Positions 27,945 to 38,163 of a stretch of 64,000 nucleotides of DNA are shown piece by piece. How positions within the stretch are numbered: the first letter of the stretch is position 1; each line of letters starts with the position of its first letter. The stretch comes from a virus: IMG/VR virus record IMGVR_UViG_3300033153_016035, positions 55,918 to 119,917 of that record; one strand, written 5' to 3'. The translations under genes and the position numbers were made by a program. Below the pieces are notes generated by a model, which did not search any database, had not been told where the DNA came from, and worked only from the letters and a program-made list of their open reading frames with translations.

Positions 27945-28286
27945 TTAACGCTTCTTCCTTCGCGGTACCGGGGGTTTATCTGCCGGTGGCGTAGCCGGTG
28001 ACGGTGTTGGTTTATCTGCTGAGGCGGGTGGGATGCCCTTTTTGGCTGGACGAACTTCCTTTTGGGGTGTGGTGTCCCAAGATTTCACCGTATCCTTAAT
28101 CTCCTTCAGGACTTCTATTGTATCAAACTCTACATCGGAATTTTGCAGCTCACGTATTTTATCATACACCAGCCCCACAACTTTTTGGACTGGAACAAAG
28201 CCTATGCCGGCCACTTCGGGTAATTTCTTTTCCATCACGGGGGCCAGGTACGGTGCCCCTTTTATCTTTTGCGCTATTTTCTTCAT
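27945..28286 (-). CDS. Hypothetical protein with a Pro-rich tail
   Basis: AAGGAGG RBS and a consensus promoter directly upstream of ATG 28286. Confidence 0.75.
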   Translation of the reverse strand: MKKIAQKIKGAPYLAPVMEKKLPEVAGIGFVPVQKVVGLVYDKIRELQNSDVEFDTIEVLKEIKDTVKSWDTTPQKEVRPAKKGIPPASADKPTPSPATPPADKPPVPRRKKR

Positions 28287-28310
28287 GAAAAACCTCCTTA
28301 GTTTTTGTTT

Positions 28311-28339
28311 ATTATACTGCAAGGACTTACAGGTGTCAA
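28311..28339 (-). promoter_or_regulatory. Perfect consensus sigma70 promoter
   Basis: TTGACA-17 nt-TATAAT. Confidence 0.85.
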
Positions 28340-28470
28340 ATATTTTCTGCAAACATACACTGTAACATACAAGCCACACATAAGTCCTCAGGTACCAGGG
28401 AGCGGTGGCGCCTTTTGCATATATAGTCTCCATCACCCGCCCCGGCCTGATCTATAATTCTATGGTATTT

Positions 28471-28701
28471 TCAAATATTTAACTCAAATGACCGCTCCAA
28501 CTCCGCCACTATTACCGGATCTTTTAGGTAGCGTCGGATGGCGTCTATGGTGGACATAACACGGACAGTTTGGTACTTTTTATCCCAGGACTCCATAATA
28601 CCTAAATACTCGTCCAGGTCCACCAAATTGATTGAATCCAACCGTCTACGACAATACTTCTTACCCACTTGAATTACGTAGCTGTCAAGTTCTACCATCA
28701 C
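28471..28701 (-). CDS. Hypothetical protein
   Basis: Overlap-coupled ORF in the operon. Confidence 0.55.
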   Translation of the reverse strand: MMVELDSYVIQVGKKYCRRRLDSINLVDLDEYLGIMESWDKKYQTVRVMSTIDAIRRYLKDPVIVAELERSFELNI

Positions 28702-28987
28702 GCAGCCCCTTTAGCAGCTTCGCTATAGTCACGGGGTGGCCCACTATGTATTCATTACGGGGCATCGTACCCGAAAAAGATAACGGCAGCGCCATCCCCA
28801 CGAAATTAGGCGGAGCCACCATGTATACCTCGGGATCTGGAACTTGAATTAACTCGGTTTTTGTTGCCTTCCAGGGGTTTAATGAGAAAATCCTCTCCCA
28901 CCACCCCCTTTTTACCTCTACGCCCTCCTCCACCGTTAAAAAGGGATCCTCATACATAGGCACGCCATCGTAACTTTTTACCACCAT
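28685..28987 (-). CDS. Hypothetical protein
   Basis: Overlap-coupled ORF in the operon. Confidence 0.6.
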   Translation of the reverse strand: MVVKSYDGVPMYEDPFLTVEEGVEVKRGWWERIFSLNPWKATKTELIQVPDPEVYMVAPPNFVGMALPLSFSGTMPRNEYIVGHPVTIAKLLKGLRDGRT

Positions 28988-30201
28988 AAGAAAGCCTCCA
29001 CATCTGGATTTTTTGCCTCAAACATTTTCTTGAAGATCATGAAACACAAGTATGTGTCGTATTTCGCATCATGAAGGTTATGCCTCGCGGTTGGGATCTT
29101 ATAATACTCAGCCGCCTCCTGCAATTTCGGCCATTTGTAACCCTTGTGTCTGGTACCACTAGCTGTTATTTTCACAATATCCGTATTAGAAAGCATCGTA
29201 CAAAATTGCTCCCCGTCCCCCACCTCGAAAGGCAGGAACTGGTAGTCAAACTTAATGTTGTGCGCAATAAACCGATCGGCCGTCTCAGCGAACGCCACAA
29301 AATCTGTATCCTCGTCAAAATGCGCAAACCACCCATCCTCATGCCCTTTACGTTTTTCTATAAGAACATCCCTGAAAAGACCATTTACCTTAGCCGCCGC
29401 TGTGTTGATTCTGGTACGGGGCAGATAGAACCGCTCAAAGTCCCCGGCAAAGATAAACTTCCCGTCTTGAAGTACCACCTTCAAAGCCGTTACAGCTAAA
29501 ACACAGGATGACTTTTTTATGCCATTTGTCTCGAAGTCAAAGAAAACCAACTCCAGAGTGGGCTTTTGTTCAAGTGGCGGCGGAGACAAGTCTTTTATAA
29601 CTTCCGTCGCCGGTACTACGGCCTTTTGGGTTTGCGCCACTACCGGGGGTTTGGGTGAGGGGATTACCGGAGCAATTGGCATTTGAAAATCCGCCGGGTC
29701 TAAGGGTTGGGCTTCTGGCGGTATGGGGGTTTGCCAACTAGCAGCCATTTTTTTCTCCTGATCTATCTTAGCCGCCAAATCACTGAGTTCTGCCGACACT
29801 GGGTCTGGGATTTGTGACATGAAATAATCCACCGCCGCCTGCAAGGACTCCTCCTCCGCCATTTTAGTTATAAATAAAAGCGGGGCTACAGTGACTTCCT
29901 TGTACTGGAAGGCGCCGGTGTCCCGGTGCATTGATATTTGATTTTTCAAAATGCCCCGGTGCGCCAGGGCGTCTAAAAATTCATCCATTGAAAACTGATT
30001 CATATATTCCTCCGGTTTTATGTGGGTTAAACAACATTTAACATCCGCTTCCAAGACACCGGTCATGTGAAAGATCGGTGTCGGGAATAACTCTCCGCGA
30101 TCGTAGCAAAAGGCATTGTCGTGCCTTCGGTAGGTCATGCGTGAGGGCGGCAAACCGTGACCAGTCAACACCTCCACAAGTTTATGATAATAAGTCTCCA
30201 C
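28978..30201 (-). CDS. DEDDh 3'-5' exonuclease (DnaQ-like) with an N-terminal extension and Pro-rich linker
   Basis: FFDFETNG (ExoI), AHNIKFD (ExoII), KWPKLQE and HDAKYD (ExoIII). Confidence 0.85.
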   Translation of the reverse strand: METYYHKLVEVLTGHGLPPSRMTYRRHDNAFCYDRGELFPTPIFHMTGVLEADVKCCLTHIKPEEYMNQFSMDEFLDALAHRGILKNQISMHRDTGAFQYKEVTVAPLLFITKMAEEESLQAAVDYFMSQIPDPVSAELSDLAAKIDQEKKMAASWQTPIPPEAQPLDPADFQMPIAPVIPSPKPPVVAQTQKAVVPATEVIKDLSPPPLEQKPTLELVFFDFETNGIKKSSCVLAVTALKVVLQDGKFIFAGDFERFYLPRTRINTAAAKVNGLFRDVLIEKRKGHEDGWFAHFDEDTDFVAFAETADRFIAHNIKFDYQFLPFEVGDGEQFCTMLSNTDIVKITASGTRHKGYKWPKLQEAAEYYKIPTARHNLHDAKYDTYLCFMIFKKMFEAKNPDVEAFLWW

Positions 30202-30730
30202 TGAGTTTTATCTCCGTTTTTGTCCCGCCAGCGTCTGAAAACACTACTGCATTCCACCCTACAATTTGCCCCTGTAAGAAAGGGCTCCCCACATGAGGCG
30301 CTGCGGCGCCCTTCTTCATATACGCTAGAGTGAGGTGCGGTTTATAATGGGGGTGAGTGGTTGTAACTTTAAGATGCTCGGTCAGCAACTGATTTAGTTC
30401 TGTAAAGTCCGGTGAGAGCACCTCCACCAAGAGTATGTCCTCCTCATCGTTTTCAAAAACAGATGTGGAGCCGAATGAGGCGGTGAGGCGCGATTTTAGC
30501 TGAACAATCTTTGCTACCTCTTTAGGCTCCTTTGTGTGGATTCCGTACTTTATGGTGATATGGGGCTCGTCCTCTGCCTTTAGAATCTGGTCTGGGATAA
30601 GGTTGGCTGAGACCCAATCTTTGATTTTAGCCACCAGCTCCGGGGAGCATACAACCCCAACATAGCCAAAATCATAACCCTCGTCAAGACGACCGTGGAT
30701 TATATTATAAATACCCGTTTGTCTGTCCAT
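30182..30730 (-). CDS. 2H phosphoesterase, Acb1/T4 gp57B-like (candidate anti-CBASS nuclease)
   Basis: Paired HxT motifs PHITIKYG and YKPHLTLAY; short leader ending LDEG. Confidence 0.75.
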   Translation of the reverse strand: MDRQTGIYNIIHGRLDEGYDFGYVGVVCSPELVAKIKDWVSANLIPDQILKAEDEPHITIKYGIHTKEPKEVAKIVQLKSRLTASFGSTSVFENDEEDILLVEVLSPDFTELNQLLTEHLKVTTTHPHYKPHLTLAYMKKGAAAPHVGSPFLQGQIVGWNAVVFSDAGGTKTEIKLSGDLLS

Positions 30731-30779
30731 CGTCTTTTCCTTTCCATTATGTATAAGAGCAATCTAATCTAACAGAAAT

Positions 30780-32012
30780 TTATTTAAACTCTGCTAAATA
30801 GTCTTCTACGGAGATAATTCCTCGCATAAATTTTTGATAAATGTTTCCAGGGGGTTTTTGGTAGGGAAGCAATGATCCATCTTGACCCGGAACTATAGAT
30901 GGTAAATCAGAAATTGCATCAACAACTGTAATTGCCGATTTTTGGAAGTTAAAAAGATTGCTCTCTGTGTTCATAGTTGTGATAGGGTCAGGCGGCTGAA
31001 TTTTTTCAGATGATTTATTTTGGCCAACCAGAAAAACTCTTTTTCTTCTTTGCGGTATTGCAAAGTTTTCTGTGTTTAAAACCCACCCGGTAATCGACGA
31101 CATAACACTATTGAAAGATTCTTTAACTTCTTCAAAAACTCTCCCCTTCTCCATATTGAGAAGTCCAGCTACATTTTCAAAAACAAAACCATCGGGGTTC
31201 ACCTCATTAATAAATTCCTTGTAGTTAATAAATAGTAAATTTCTTTTGTCCTTCATGGTTCGTTTATTGCCCGCTGTTGAAAATCCTTGGCAAGGAGGAC
31301 CGCCAAGTACCCAAAAAGGCAATTCCTTATGTTTTTCTTTTGCTTTTATGGCAATATCAACAAGAATTGAAAAGTTTTTTTCATCCGTGATACTTCCTAC
31401 TATCACATCTTGATGTACGTTGGCTGCGTAAGTTTCTAGGAAACGAGATTCAATATCATTGGCTATAATAGGTATCCAACCAGCCCATTTAAAACCCAAG
31501 CCCATGCCCCCTGCACCTGAAAAAAGATCTACAAAAACTCCAGGATTACCTATCGTGTTTATCACTTGCTTAGCAATTTGAAACGTTAACAATGGAGGAA
31601 CCGCATTTCCTATTTGGTTGTTTATTGCAGTTTGTGAGCCGAAAAATTTAAAATTATCGGGGAAAGATTGTAACCTTGCAGCTTCTCTTTGGGACAAAAC
31701 GCGGTCTTGATTATAGTGAATATGACACCCATTTCCTGGACGATTAAAATATGTGTTTATGGTGTATGAGGGCTTATGGGGCAGAAGTCTTCCATAATAA
31801 GTAGAACGACTACCTTTCCCTTGGGCATAGCTTTCTCGAATTTGTGCGATTCTCTTAGACGGGACATGTTCCGGGATATTCTTCCAATTGCCACCAGGTG
31901 GAACAGATTTCACAATTTGCATATCTAGTTCGCTCAAACGCGAACTGAAATGATTGTGAATTTGATGAGGTTCGCTCTTCGTTATATTATAAATACCTCT
32001 TTGTCTATCCAT
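30780..32012 (-). CDS. Circularly permuted DNA cytosine-C5 methyltransferase
   Basis: Motif IX (REAARLQSFPD) and X (QIGNAVPP) precede I (DLFSGAGG), IV (GGPPCQGFS), VI (ENV) and VIII (PQRRKR). Confidence 0.9.
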   Translation of the reverse strand: MDRQRGIYNITKSEPHQIHNHFSSRLSELDMQIVKSVPPGGNWKNIPEHVPSKRIAQIRESYAQGKGSRSTYYGRLLPHKPSYTINTYFNRPGNGCHIHYNQDRVLSQREAARLQSFPDNFKFFGSQTAINNQIGNAVPPLLTFQIAKQVINTIGNPGVFVDLFSGAGGMGLGFKWAGWIPIIANDIESRFLETYAANVHQDVIVGSITDEKNFSILVDIAIKAKEKHKELPFWVLGGPPCQGFSTAGNKRTMKDKRNLLFINYKEFINEVNPDGFVFENVAGLLNMEKGRVFEEVKESFNSVMSSITGWVLNTENFAIPQRRKRVFLVGQNKSSEKIQPPDPITTMNTESNLFNFQKSAITVVDAISDLPSIVPGQDGSLLPYQKPPGNIYQKFMRGIISVEDYLAEFK

Positions 32013-32034
32013 CTTCTTTACCCTCCCGTTTTCA

Positions 32035-32472
32035 TTATACTTTAAGCCTAGAGATAACTGCGTAATGCTTTACCATATCCCCTTCTTGCACGGAGGTGAT
32101 ATTGTAAAAAAAGTGGCGATTGTACTCCTGCGTCTCCTGTTCTAGCATACCAAGCCACAGCATGACGACCTTTACAAAGAACAGGGGATCGGACAAGTGG
32201 TAGAGACCCGGAGTGGACAATACCAAAACGGGGTATGCCTCATATACTTTAGGCTCCAAGTTCTTAAGGTCGTCAGCTATATGCATAGGGCCGTTGGCAC
32301 ATGGATAACGAAAGATTAGGGCGGGGAGCACCAACCAATTTTTGGGAATTAAATTGGGGTCAAACTTATAAAGGTCCATTTGCCCCTTACAGTCTTGTTC
32401 CCGGTCCCGCCAGACCTGGGTGTCCGGTACCATCTGTATTTCTTCAATTTCTTTCATAGTAGTTCCTTTCAT
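32035..32472 (-). CDS. Hypothetical protein
   Basis: Coupled ORF. Confidence 0.65.
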   Translation of the reverse strand: MKGTTMKEIEEIQMVPDTQVWRDREQDCKGQMDLYKFDPNLIPKNWLVLPALIFRYPCANGPMHIADDLKNLEPKVYEAYPVLVLSTPGLYHLSDPLFFVKVVMLWLGMLEQETQEYNRHFFYNITSVQEGDMVKHYAVISRLKV

Positions 32473-32726
32473 AATAGTTCCTCACATGTTTTACACCATA
32501 TGGCACTTCCCATTCTCTGTAGGTACAAGTCATGCCCCTTATGTCCTTCCAGCCGCTTTACCCCCTCTTGGTGGTACTGCCACTCCACGAGCCTACCGCA
32601 CAAAAATTCATGGAGAACCTTGTCGAGCTTTCGCCTATTTAGCTCAGGAAACTCCGCGAGAAATTGACTCTCCGTTTCGTTTTGTGGGGTAAAGACAACA
32701 AAGTCACCATCTATGGTCGCTTTCAC
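32469..32726 (-). CDS. Hypothetical protein
   Basis: Coupled ORF. Confidence 0.6.
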   Translation of the reverse strand: MKATIDGDFVVFTPQNETESQFLAEFPELNRRKLDKVLHEFLCGRLVEWQYHQEGVKRLEGHKGHDLYLQRMGSAIWCKTCEELL

Positions 32727-33454
32727 AGCGGTATGCCCTCCTCCAGCCGTGCCAACATGGTCTTTATCTGGGCCACACCCCCGGGGGTTTTAAAAGCTTC
32801 TCGCGGCGTCATTCCCAAAGGCATACTAAACGTCTCCAGCCACTCCGGGTACGCATCTTTTAAAAGGTACTGTAAACGCTCCACTAACTCCATGAAGATC
32901 TCCCCGTCAGGCTCTGGAAGCGGCGCGTGGTTAACCAGGAGCCTTGAGAGTTTACTTATAACCTCCCGGTTGTGGAGACACGAGGGACACAGTAGTGAGG
33001 CTCCGGTTTTTTTAGCGCAGGAGGCACACTCTTTAAATTCCATCCAGTGGCCCAGATCTTGACAAGTTGTAGGCTCGGGGTCTGGTCTGGGGGAGGGGAT
33101 GAGGGTGATACCTAACGTATCACCCACCTCAAATGGTGTCGTTTCAGTTTTTGATGGTACATTTGGCTCTAACGTGTAGCCGAAGCTCTCTTCCATAAAC
33201 TCACACATAACAGAGTGCGGGATAAAGTCCCCTTTCTGTGTCACTAACCCTTTGTTGTAGCAATCTATACATATATAGTGTCCCTCAACTTTATACTCTA
33301 ACAGCCTGCATACTTTACAAACGTCACAGTAGAAGTCCCCACGACTGGGCCCCTCCTGTTGTTTCAAACAATCCGGGCATGTCTTACCCCGAAGCACGTC
33401 CGGGGGGAATAAGTTTCTACATATATGGCACATGGAGCCCAACTTTTCAATCAT
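32723..33454 (-). CDS. Multi-Zn-finger hypothetical protein
   Basis: Six CxxC motifs; likely start at MIEKLG (GAGGAG RBS). Confidence 0.65.
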   Translation of the reverse strand: MIEKLGSMCHICRNLFPPDVLRGKTCPDCLKQQEGPSRGDFYCDVCKVCRLLEYKVEGHYICIDCYNKGLVTQKGDFIPHSVMCEFMEESFGYTLEPNVPSKTETTPFEVGDTLGITLIPSPRPDPEPTTCQDLGHWMEFKECASCAKKTGASLLCPSCLHNREVISKLSRLLVNHAPLPEPDGEIFMELVERLQYLLKDAYPEWLETFSMPLGMTPREAFKTPGGVAQIKTMLARLEEGIPL

Positions 33455-34445
33455 ATTTTTCTCCTCTTCTTGAATAAATATTTTAGTTTTGCCCACCACC
33501 CAACCGCAATATACTTTGCACGGACTTTTCTGCCGTCGGGTACAGCTTTGGTGGTGAGTTTTAGTACTCCGCAATGGTGACACACATATCCGAACATCAT
33601 CCCGTCATCCACGCGGGCAGCCAGGCGTCCACAGTGACCACAGATACTGCGCCCCACAAAATAAGCGAGAAGGCGTTTAATCATGATTTTCACCATCGAG
33701 TCAACTGTTACTTTCATTTAGTTTCTCCTTCATAAGCCATACTGCTGTAAGTATCTCCCGCGAACACACAGGACAGGTTAGTTTAAGATGGAGGTCGGGC
33801 TTCCTTTCCGCCTCCACCACCAACTCTTCTATTACCCATTCTCCATGACACGGTTTGCACTCAGAGACTAACCACGCTCTGATGCGCTGTAGTACATTCT
33901 GAGACATAACCTTCCAACCCCCAAACGGCCTACACTTCCTCCAGCACAATTTCACCCACAAGGGAAAAAAAGTATGTTTTTTTACGCAGTGGGCACTTCG
34001 CTGTATTACACATACACCGCTTCTTGTCCCCTGAAAACTCCATTGCCCGTAGGCACACAGGACAAAAAACCGCTGACACTGCCACATGCCCTGAGGTTTT
34101 AACCGGGGTCTTGGAGGCGGGGATATTGCGACACCGTTTACATGTGGGGCGGCCGCACAGCGACTGGAACGTCTCATTTTCCGGTATTGTTCTACCGCAG
34201 CTACTACACTCCGGAGGGGTTCTCCACTCCATTACCACTTTACACCTCCTTATGCCGTCCGGCGGCCATGCAAGCCCCGCACACAACGATAGTGGCGGAC
34301 TCTGACCCAATCTCTTCCGGAATAGGGTCCGCTGTGGTAAACTCATATCTAACAAAGCAGTCCCCCCGATCGTCGGTAAGTACTGTCCTGGTATCTGTCC
34401 ACATCTTACCGCAGCAAACACACAGCCGTAAATTCCACCTGGCCA

Positions 34446-34760
34446 TCACTTTTTATCCGTCTGCAACACACCCCGCTTCTCGCGATCCATCTTCCTCTTT
34501 TCGAGCCACAACCGCGCTTCTTCGAGCTTGGTTATAACAAGGTCGGTTTCGCGAGAAGGGATTAGGGTATTGTAATGTTGATGCAGCTCTATTACAAAGT
34601 CCACTAAATGGGTGGGGAAACACCCGGTGGTGGACCCCTTTTCCTTGGGGTGGCCCACCTGAAGTTGGCAGGTTAATTTCCCGTTTTCAAATGTGATGGC
34701 CTCGTGAATGTCCTGGCCTACTGTGTTAAGTGCCCCAAGTTTTTCTGCTACTGTTAACAT
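34446..34760 (-). CDS. Tad1-like cyclic nucleotide sponge (anti-Thoeris/anti-CBASS candidate)
   Basis: LQVGHPKEKGSTTG...SRETDLVITKLEEARLWLEKRKMDREKRGVL matches the recalled Tad1 pattern FQxG..KE...G...SRENAxAxTxxEEAxxWxxxRxxDRxxRxV. Confidence 0.7.
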   Translation of the reverse strand: MLTVAEKLGALNTVGQDIHEAITFENGKLTCQLQVGHPKEKGSTTGCFPTHLVDFVIELHQHYNTLIPSRETDLVITKLEEARLWLEKRKMDREKRGVLQTDKK

Positions 34761-34796
34761 TTTATTTCTCCCTCAAAAAGTACTTCTAACATACAT

Positions 34797-35249
34797 TTAC
34801 TCCCCCGGCCATAAAGCGACTAGCGCAACACTGGACTCCGGCACCTTGGTTATCCGCACGGACACACCGCAGAGGTCGCAAGGGTCGACTACCAACGTAA
34901 GACCCCCATAACTCCGCTCCACCGTGGCTACAGCGCCCTGGGGTATCTTATGTTTACCATTTTCTATGGGTTTTAATAATACCACCCTGGCGCCTACCCA
35001 ATCCTTTTTAAGTTTGGGGTTTTTGGGGCGACCATCTACATTACGGCACGGGCACCAGTTATAGGAGCACTGATCGGAACACTTACACAAAAGGGTTCCA
35101 CAGTGCCGACAGCGATCCGCGCACGCGCTACAAACATATTTTAAGCATACAGAACACCGCCCCAAAAACCGCCATTTGTCGCGTGCCCGTACCCGGCCGC
35201 ACGCGCAGGAGTGGGTAGGTTTTTTCGGGATGGGTATTTTTTTACTCAC
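34797..35249 (-). CDS. Cys-rich Zn-binding protein
   Basis: Many CxxC/CxC motifs. Confidence 0.6.
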   Translation of the reverse strand: MSKKIPIPKKPTHSCACGRVRARDKWRFLGRCSVCLKYVCSACADRCRHCGTLLCKCSDQCSYNWCPCRNVDGRPKNPKLKKDWVGARVVLLKPIENGKHKIPQGAVATVERSYGGLTLVVDPCDLCGVSVRITKVPESSVALVALWPGE

Positions 35250-35265
35250 CGCAGTCCCCTTAACT

Positions 35266-36093
35266 TTATCTGATCTTTAAAAATGTAATCGCTGAAATGT
35301 CCTTCATTAGAGCCTGTCTATTTTTCTTGAGTTTCCCGTCCCGCAGGAAATTCCACGCCCGCACAACTGTTAGAATCTTAACCCCTGGCGTCAACTTCCC
35401 GGTTTTAGTCACCAGTTGATTCAGCAGTATCTGCCGCAGATACCATATCACGTCCTTTTCCTCCTGGAGCCCGGAATGGAGTTGGCCAAAAAACCGTTTC
35501 GCCTCCTTAGGATCTTTCTTTACCATTTCATGATAAAGGAAAAGCATAACACCACCAGATATGAGTTTAGGGGCTGTCAGCTTTGCCGTAAATGCGGCTT
35601 GACTTTTTAACTCTGGTCTTTGCTCCAAACCGCCCAACACCGCCCTGTTAGCCATAGCGGCTTTCCCTAAATGCCAATAGCGCCCTTTCGCGTAGCCGTT
35701 TATCCAACGTATGGCACTAGAAATGGCTCGACTATGTCTTTTGACCACACCCGCAACAACCAGGACGTCTGCGGCGCTTCGGGCAAGACCACAATCTATA
35801 GTTTGCATGGCCTTTGGATCCATGTTGTACACCACATCGGTTACTACCGCGATGTCCGCCGTAATGATCCCCATTAAGCGGTGCTGACCGTCCAGAAGGT
35901 TACCGAACCAATCGAACTTTATGGGGTTCTCGTCGTACACATACCCTCCCTGTCTGATATCCTCCGCGATCGCCTTATAATAGGCTGGGCGTATAGTGCG
36001 ATTGCACTTATTATGGCGTAGCATTTCCCGCGCCCTATCTGGGGTAACAACCACCCCAACCTCGCGGATAATTTCTGGTTTATCGTCTGTCAT
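35266..36093 (-). CDS. ParB/Srx N-terminal-like domain protein
   Basis: NR.IR...LLDGQHRL...ID.G..RS motifs; AAGGAG RBS. Confidence 0.7.
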   Translation of the reverse strand: MTDDKPEIIREVGVVVTPDRAREMLRHNKCNRTIRPAYYKAIAEDIRQGGYVYDENPIKFDWFGNLLDGQHRLMGIITADIAVVTDVVYNMDPKAMQTIDCGLARSAADVLVVAGVVKRHSRAISSAIRWINGYAKGRYWHLGKAAMANRAVLGGLEQRPELKSQAAFTAKLTAPKLISGGVMLFLYHEMVKKDPKEAKRFFGQLHSGLQEEKDVIWYLRQILLNQLVTKTGKLTPGVKILTVVRAWNFLRDGKLKKNRQALMKDISAITFLKIR

Positions 36094-36611
36094 AGCGTTT
36101 ATCTCCTTATAAAGTTGTAATAAAATTTTAACACCTGTTTTTTGGGGGGTTACTGCAACTGTGGATTGTGGTCACCGGCAACGGTTTCCGGTATACAGCC
36201 CGCCGTGTACTCCCCAGTTTTTGTGTCGTACTCCACAGAAATTACTCTAAGTACCTGCTCCCCGTGGCATATGTACATAAGCCTTTGTGGGGGATGGGAC
36301 ATTTCTACTATAATGTCTTCTTTGTCGTTGAGACCTAATTTAACTTTCATGCGCCTGACGTCCTTTCTTCGCGTACCTTCCCGAAAACACTAGATAGAAG
36401 ACGCTCCCTAAGTGCTTCCTTCACCTCATACTCCGACTGGCCCAGTTTCACATCAGCCGACACCACCGTCGCCGTCGGAAAATGCGTCATGCGAATACGT
36501 CTGCCTGTTCTCACCGACATCCCGAACGTGTCTATACGCACATCCTTCATCACCGCCCCTCTGTCAAACATGTCTCTTCTCCTTTAGTCTAATATGGGTT
36601 GGTTGGGTAAT

Positions 36612-37286
36612 TTAACTCTCATAAAATGCATCCAGCGGTTGTACTACCTTAAGCGGCCCATCTACTGCATTAAACGGGCCGTCCATGACTGTTGAAACAA
36701 CATTATTTATTACCCCGTCCGGATACTCATACACCGCAACCGAGACAAAGGTTTTACAATCGACGCACTCGTCGCATCCATCCATTGTAACCTCCCCCGA
36801 GTGGAAGTCCCACATGTATTCGTGTCCCATTCCGCGCTCCGGGCCATCTGCCCCATGCTCAGTCAACTCGAAGTATTCCGGGGTCAGTGTTAACCTCTGA
36901 CCACAAGCACTGCACTCCAGTATCAGTTCTCCGTCTAGTTTTATTGTTTCTGAAACATCCTCACAATGTGCCGCCCCGCGTGTGTCTCTATAAAACCGAT
37001 CGGCCTCGGCATCGCGTATCTCCAACCACTTCAAGTCCCCTTCCTCGCCAACGCACCCCCCATTTTTTATCACCCACGCTACAAACCTCTCATTGACGCT
37101 TGCCTGTGAAATGTTGCTTCGCACCTTGATCTTAGTCCGGCGCGAGGACATGGATGCGGGCAGGAAAAACTCAAGATATTTCCAGGTGTCATGTTTCTTT
37201 TTTACTTCTGGCACCCCACTCCCCTCAATTTCAATATCAAAAGGATCTGGTTTGCGCTTTACATTTTGTGTCTTGTCCTTATTCAT
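36612..37286 (-). CDS. Hypothetical protein with Zn-ribbon motifs
   Basis: CSAC, CDEC and YEYPDG; likely start MNKDK. Confidence 0.6.
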   Translation of the reverse strand: MNKDKTQNVKRKPDPFDIEIEGSGVPEVKKKHDTWKYLEFFLPASMSSRRTKIKVRSNISQASVNERFVAWVIKNGGCVGEEGDLKWLEIRDAEADRFYRDTRGAAHCEDVSETIKLDGELILECSACGQRLTLTPEYFELTEHGADGPERGMGHEYMWDFHSGEVTMDGCDECVDCKTFVSVAVYEYPDGVINNVVSTVMDGPFNAVDGPLKVVQPLDAFYES

Positions 37287-37293
37287 TTGATTT

Positions 37294-37641
37294 TTACTCC
37301 GCTTGTCCGCAAGGGATAGCAAGATAGTCAGCAAACAACTCAACCTTCTGGTATGGCGCACGTCGAAGGAAATCAGCCAAGTTCCGCACTGTAACCTCTA
37401 CAAGGACTTTGCCCTTTTCTATGCGGACGACAGTGCCAATAAGCTTCATCTTTATCTGATCCGGCCCCAAGTCAATTACCGCCAATTCAATCCATTTTGG
37501 GTAATGCTTCTCACCCCACTCATCCTTGCGGGTCTTTCTAAGGCTCCGACAGTGAAGGAGGTGTACTCTCTGGTCTTTATTGTCCTGGGCCGCATAATAC
37601 ATTTCTCGTAATTCACTCCCCGTCATTTTTAATCTCCCCAT
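37294..37641 (-). CDS. Hypothetical protein
   Basis: ORF in the minus-strand operon. Confidence 0.55.
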   Translation of the reverse strand: MGRLKMTGSELREMYYAAQDNKDQRVHLLHCRSLRKTRKDEWGEKHYPKWIELAVIDLGPDQIKMKLIGTVVRIEKGKVLVEVTVRNLADFLRRAPYQKVELFADYLAIPCGQAE

Positions 37642-37782
37642 CCTCCGGCGTAAGGGGGTTTTCGGTCACTTGATATATAAGAACCTCTCTGCACTGCGTA
37701 CAGATGTAGTGTGCGTAGTGTTCTCCTTTCTTGTCTGTGTTTATGGACAAAATAGTCTGGGGTCCAGTGTGCTTGCATTCTG

Positions 37783-38163
37783 TCATAAGCTTTCTCCGTC
37801 CCGACACCTGTATGACCACCGCCACTCCTCCGGCATTTGTCTTTGTATATTCCCTAGTCCATATCTCTCCAACCAGTATTTCTGGACCTGATCCTTGCTC
37901 ACGCCGTAGTGCCGGGCAACTTCTGTCGAAAACAACATGAACCACCCTTGCCAATTTTCAATACCATATTTTCCCGCCAAGTCCTCATACAGCTCCGGGG
38001 TTTCCCCCACCACACCCAACATCTGCTCCACAGTGTCGGGACCGGCAAAGGATTCGTCCTCTTCCTTTCGCCAATCTGCTCGCTTAGCATCGCTCGGCAC
38101 CGCTGCCGGAAATTCATAAACTTTATCACCGGACCTAAACTTTATCGTGGGAGCATTCCACAT
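37783..38163 (-). CDS. Hypothetical protein
   Basis: GGAGG RBS. Confidence 0.6.
   Translation of the reverse strand: MWNAPTIKFRSGDKVYEFPAAVPSDAKRADWRKEEDESFAGPDTVEQMLGVVGETPELYEDLAGKYGIENWQGWFMLFSTEVARHYGVSKDQVQKYWLERYGLGNIQRQMPEEWRWSYRCRDGESL

Noticed and set aside
27945-28436. 163-aa version of the ORF
   Set aside because: The extension spans a perfect promoter and RBS; the true start is probably 28286.
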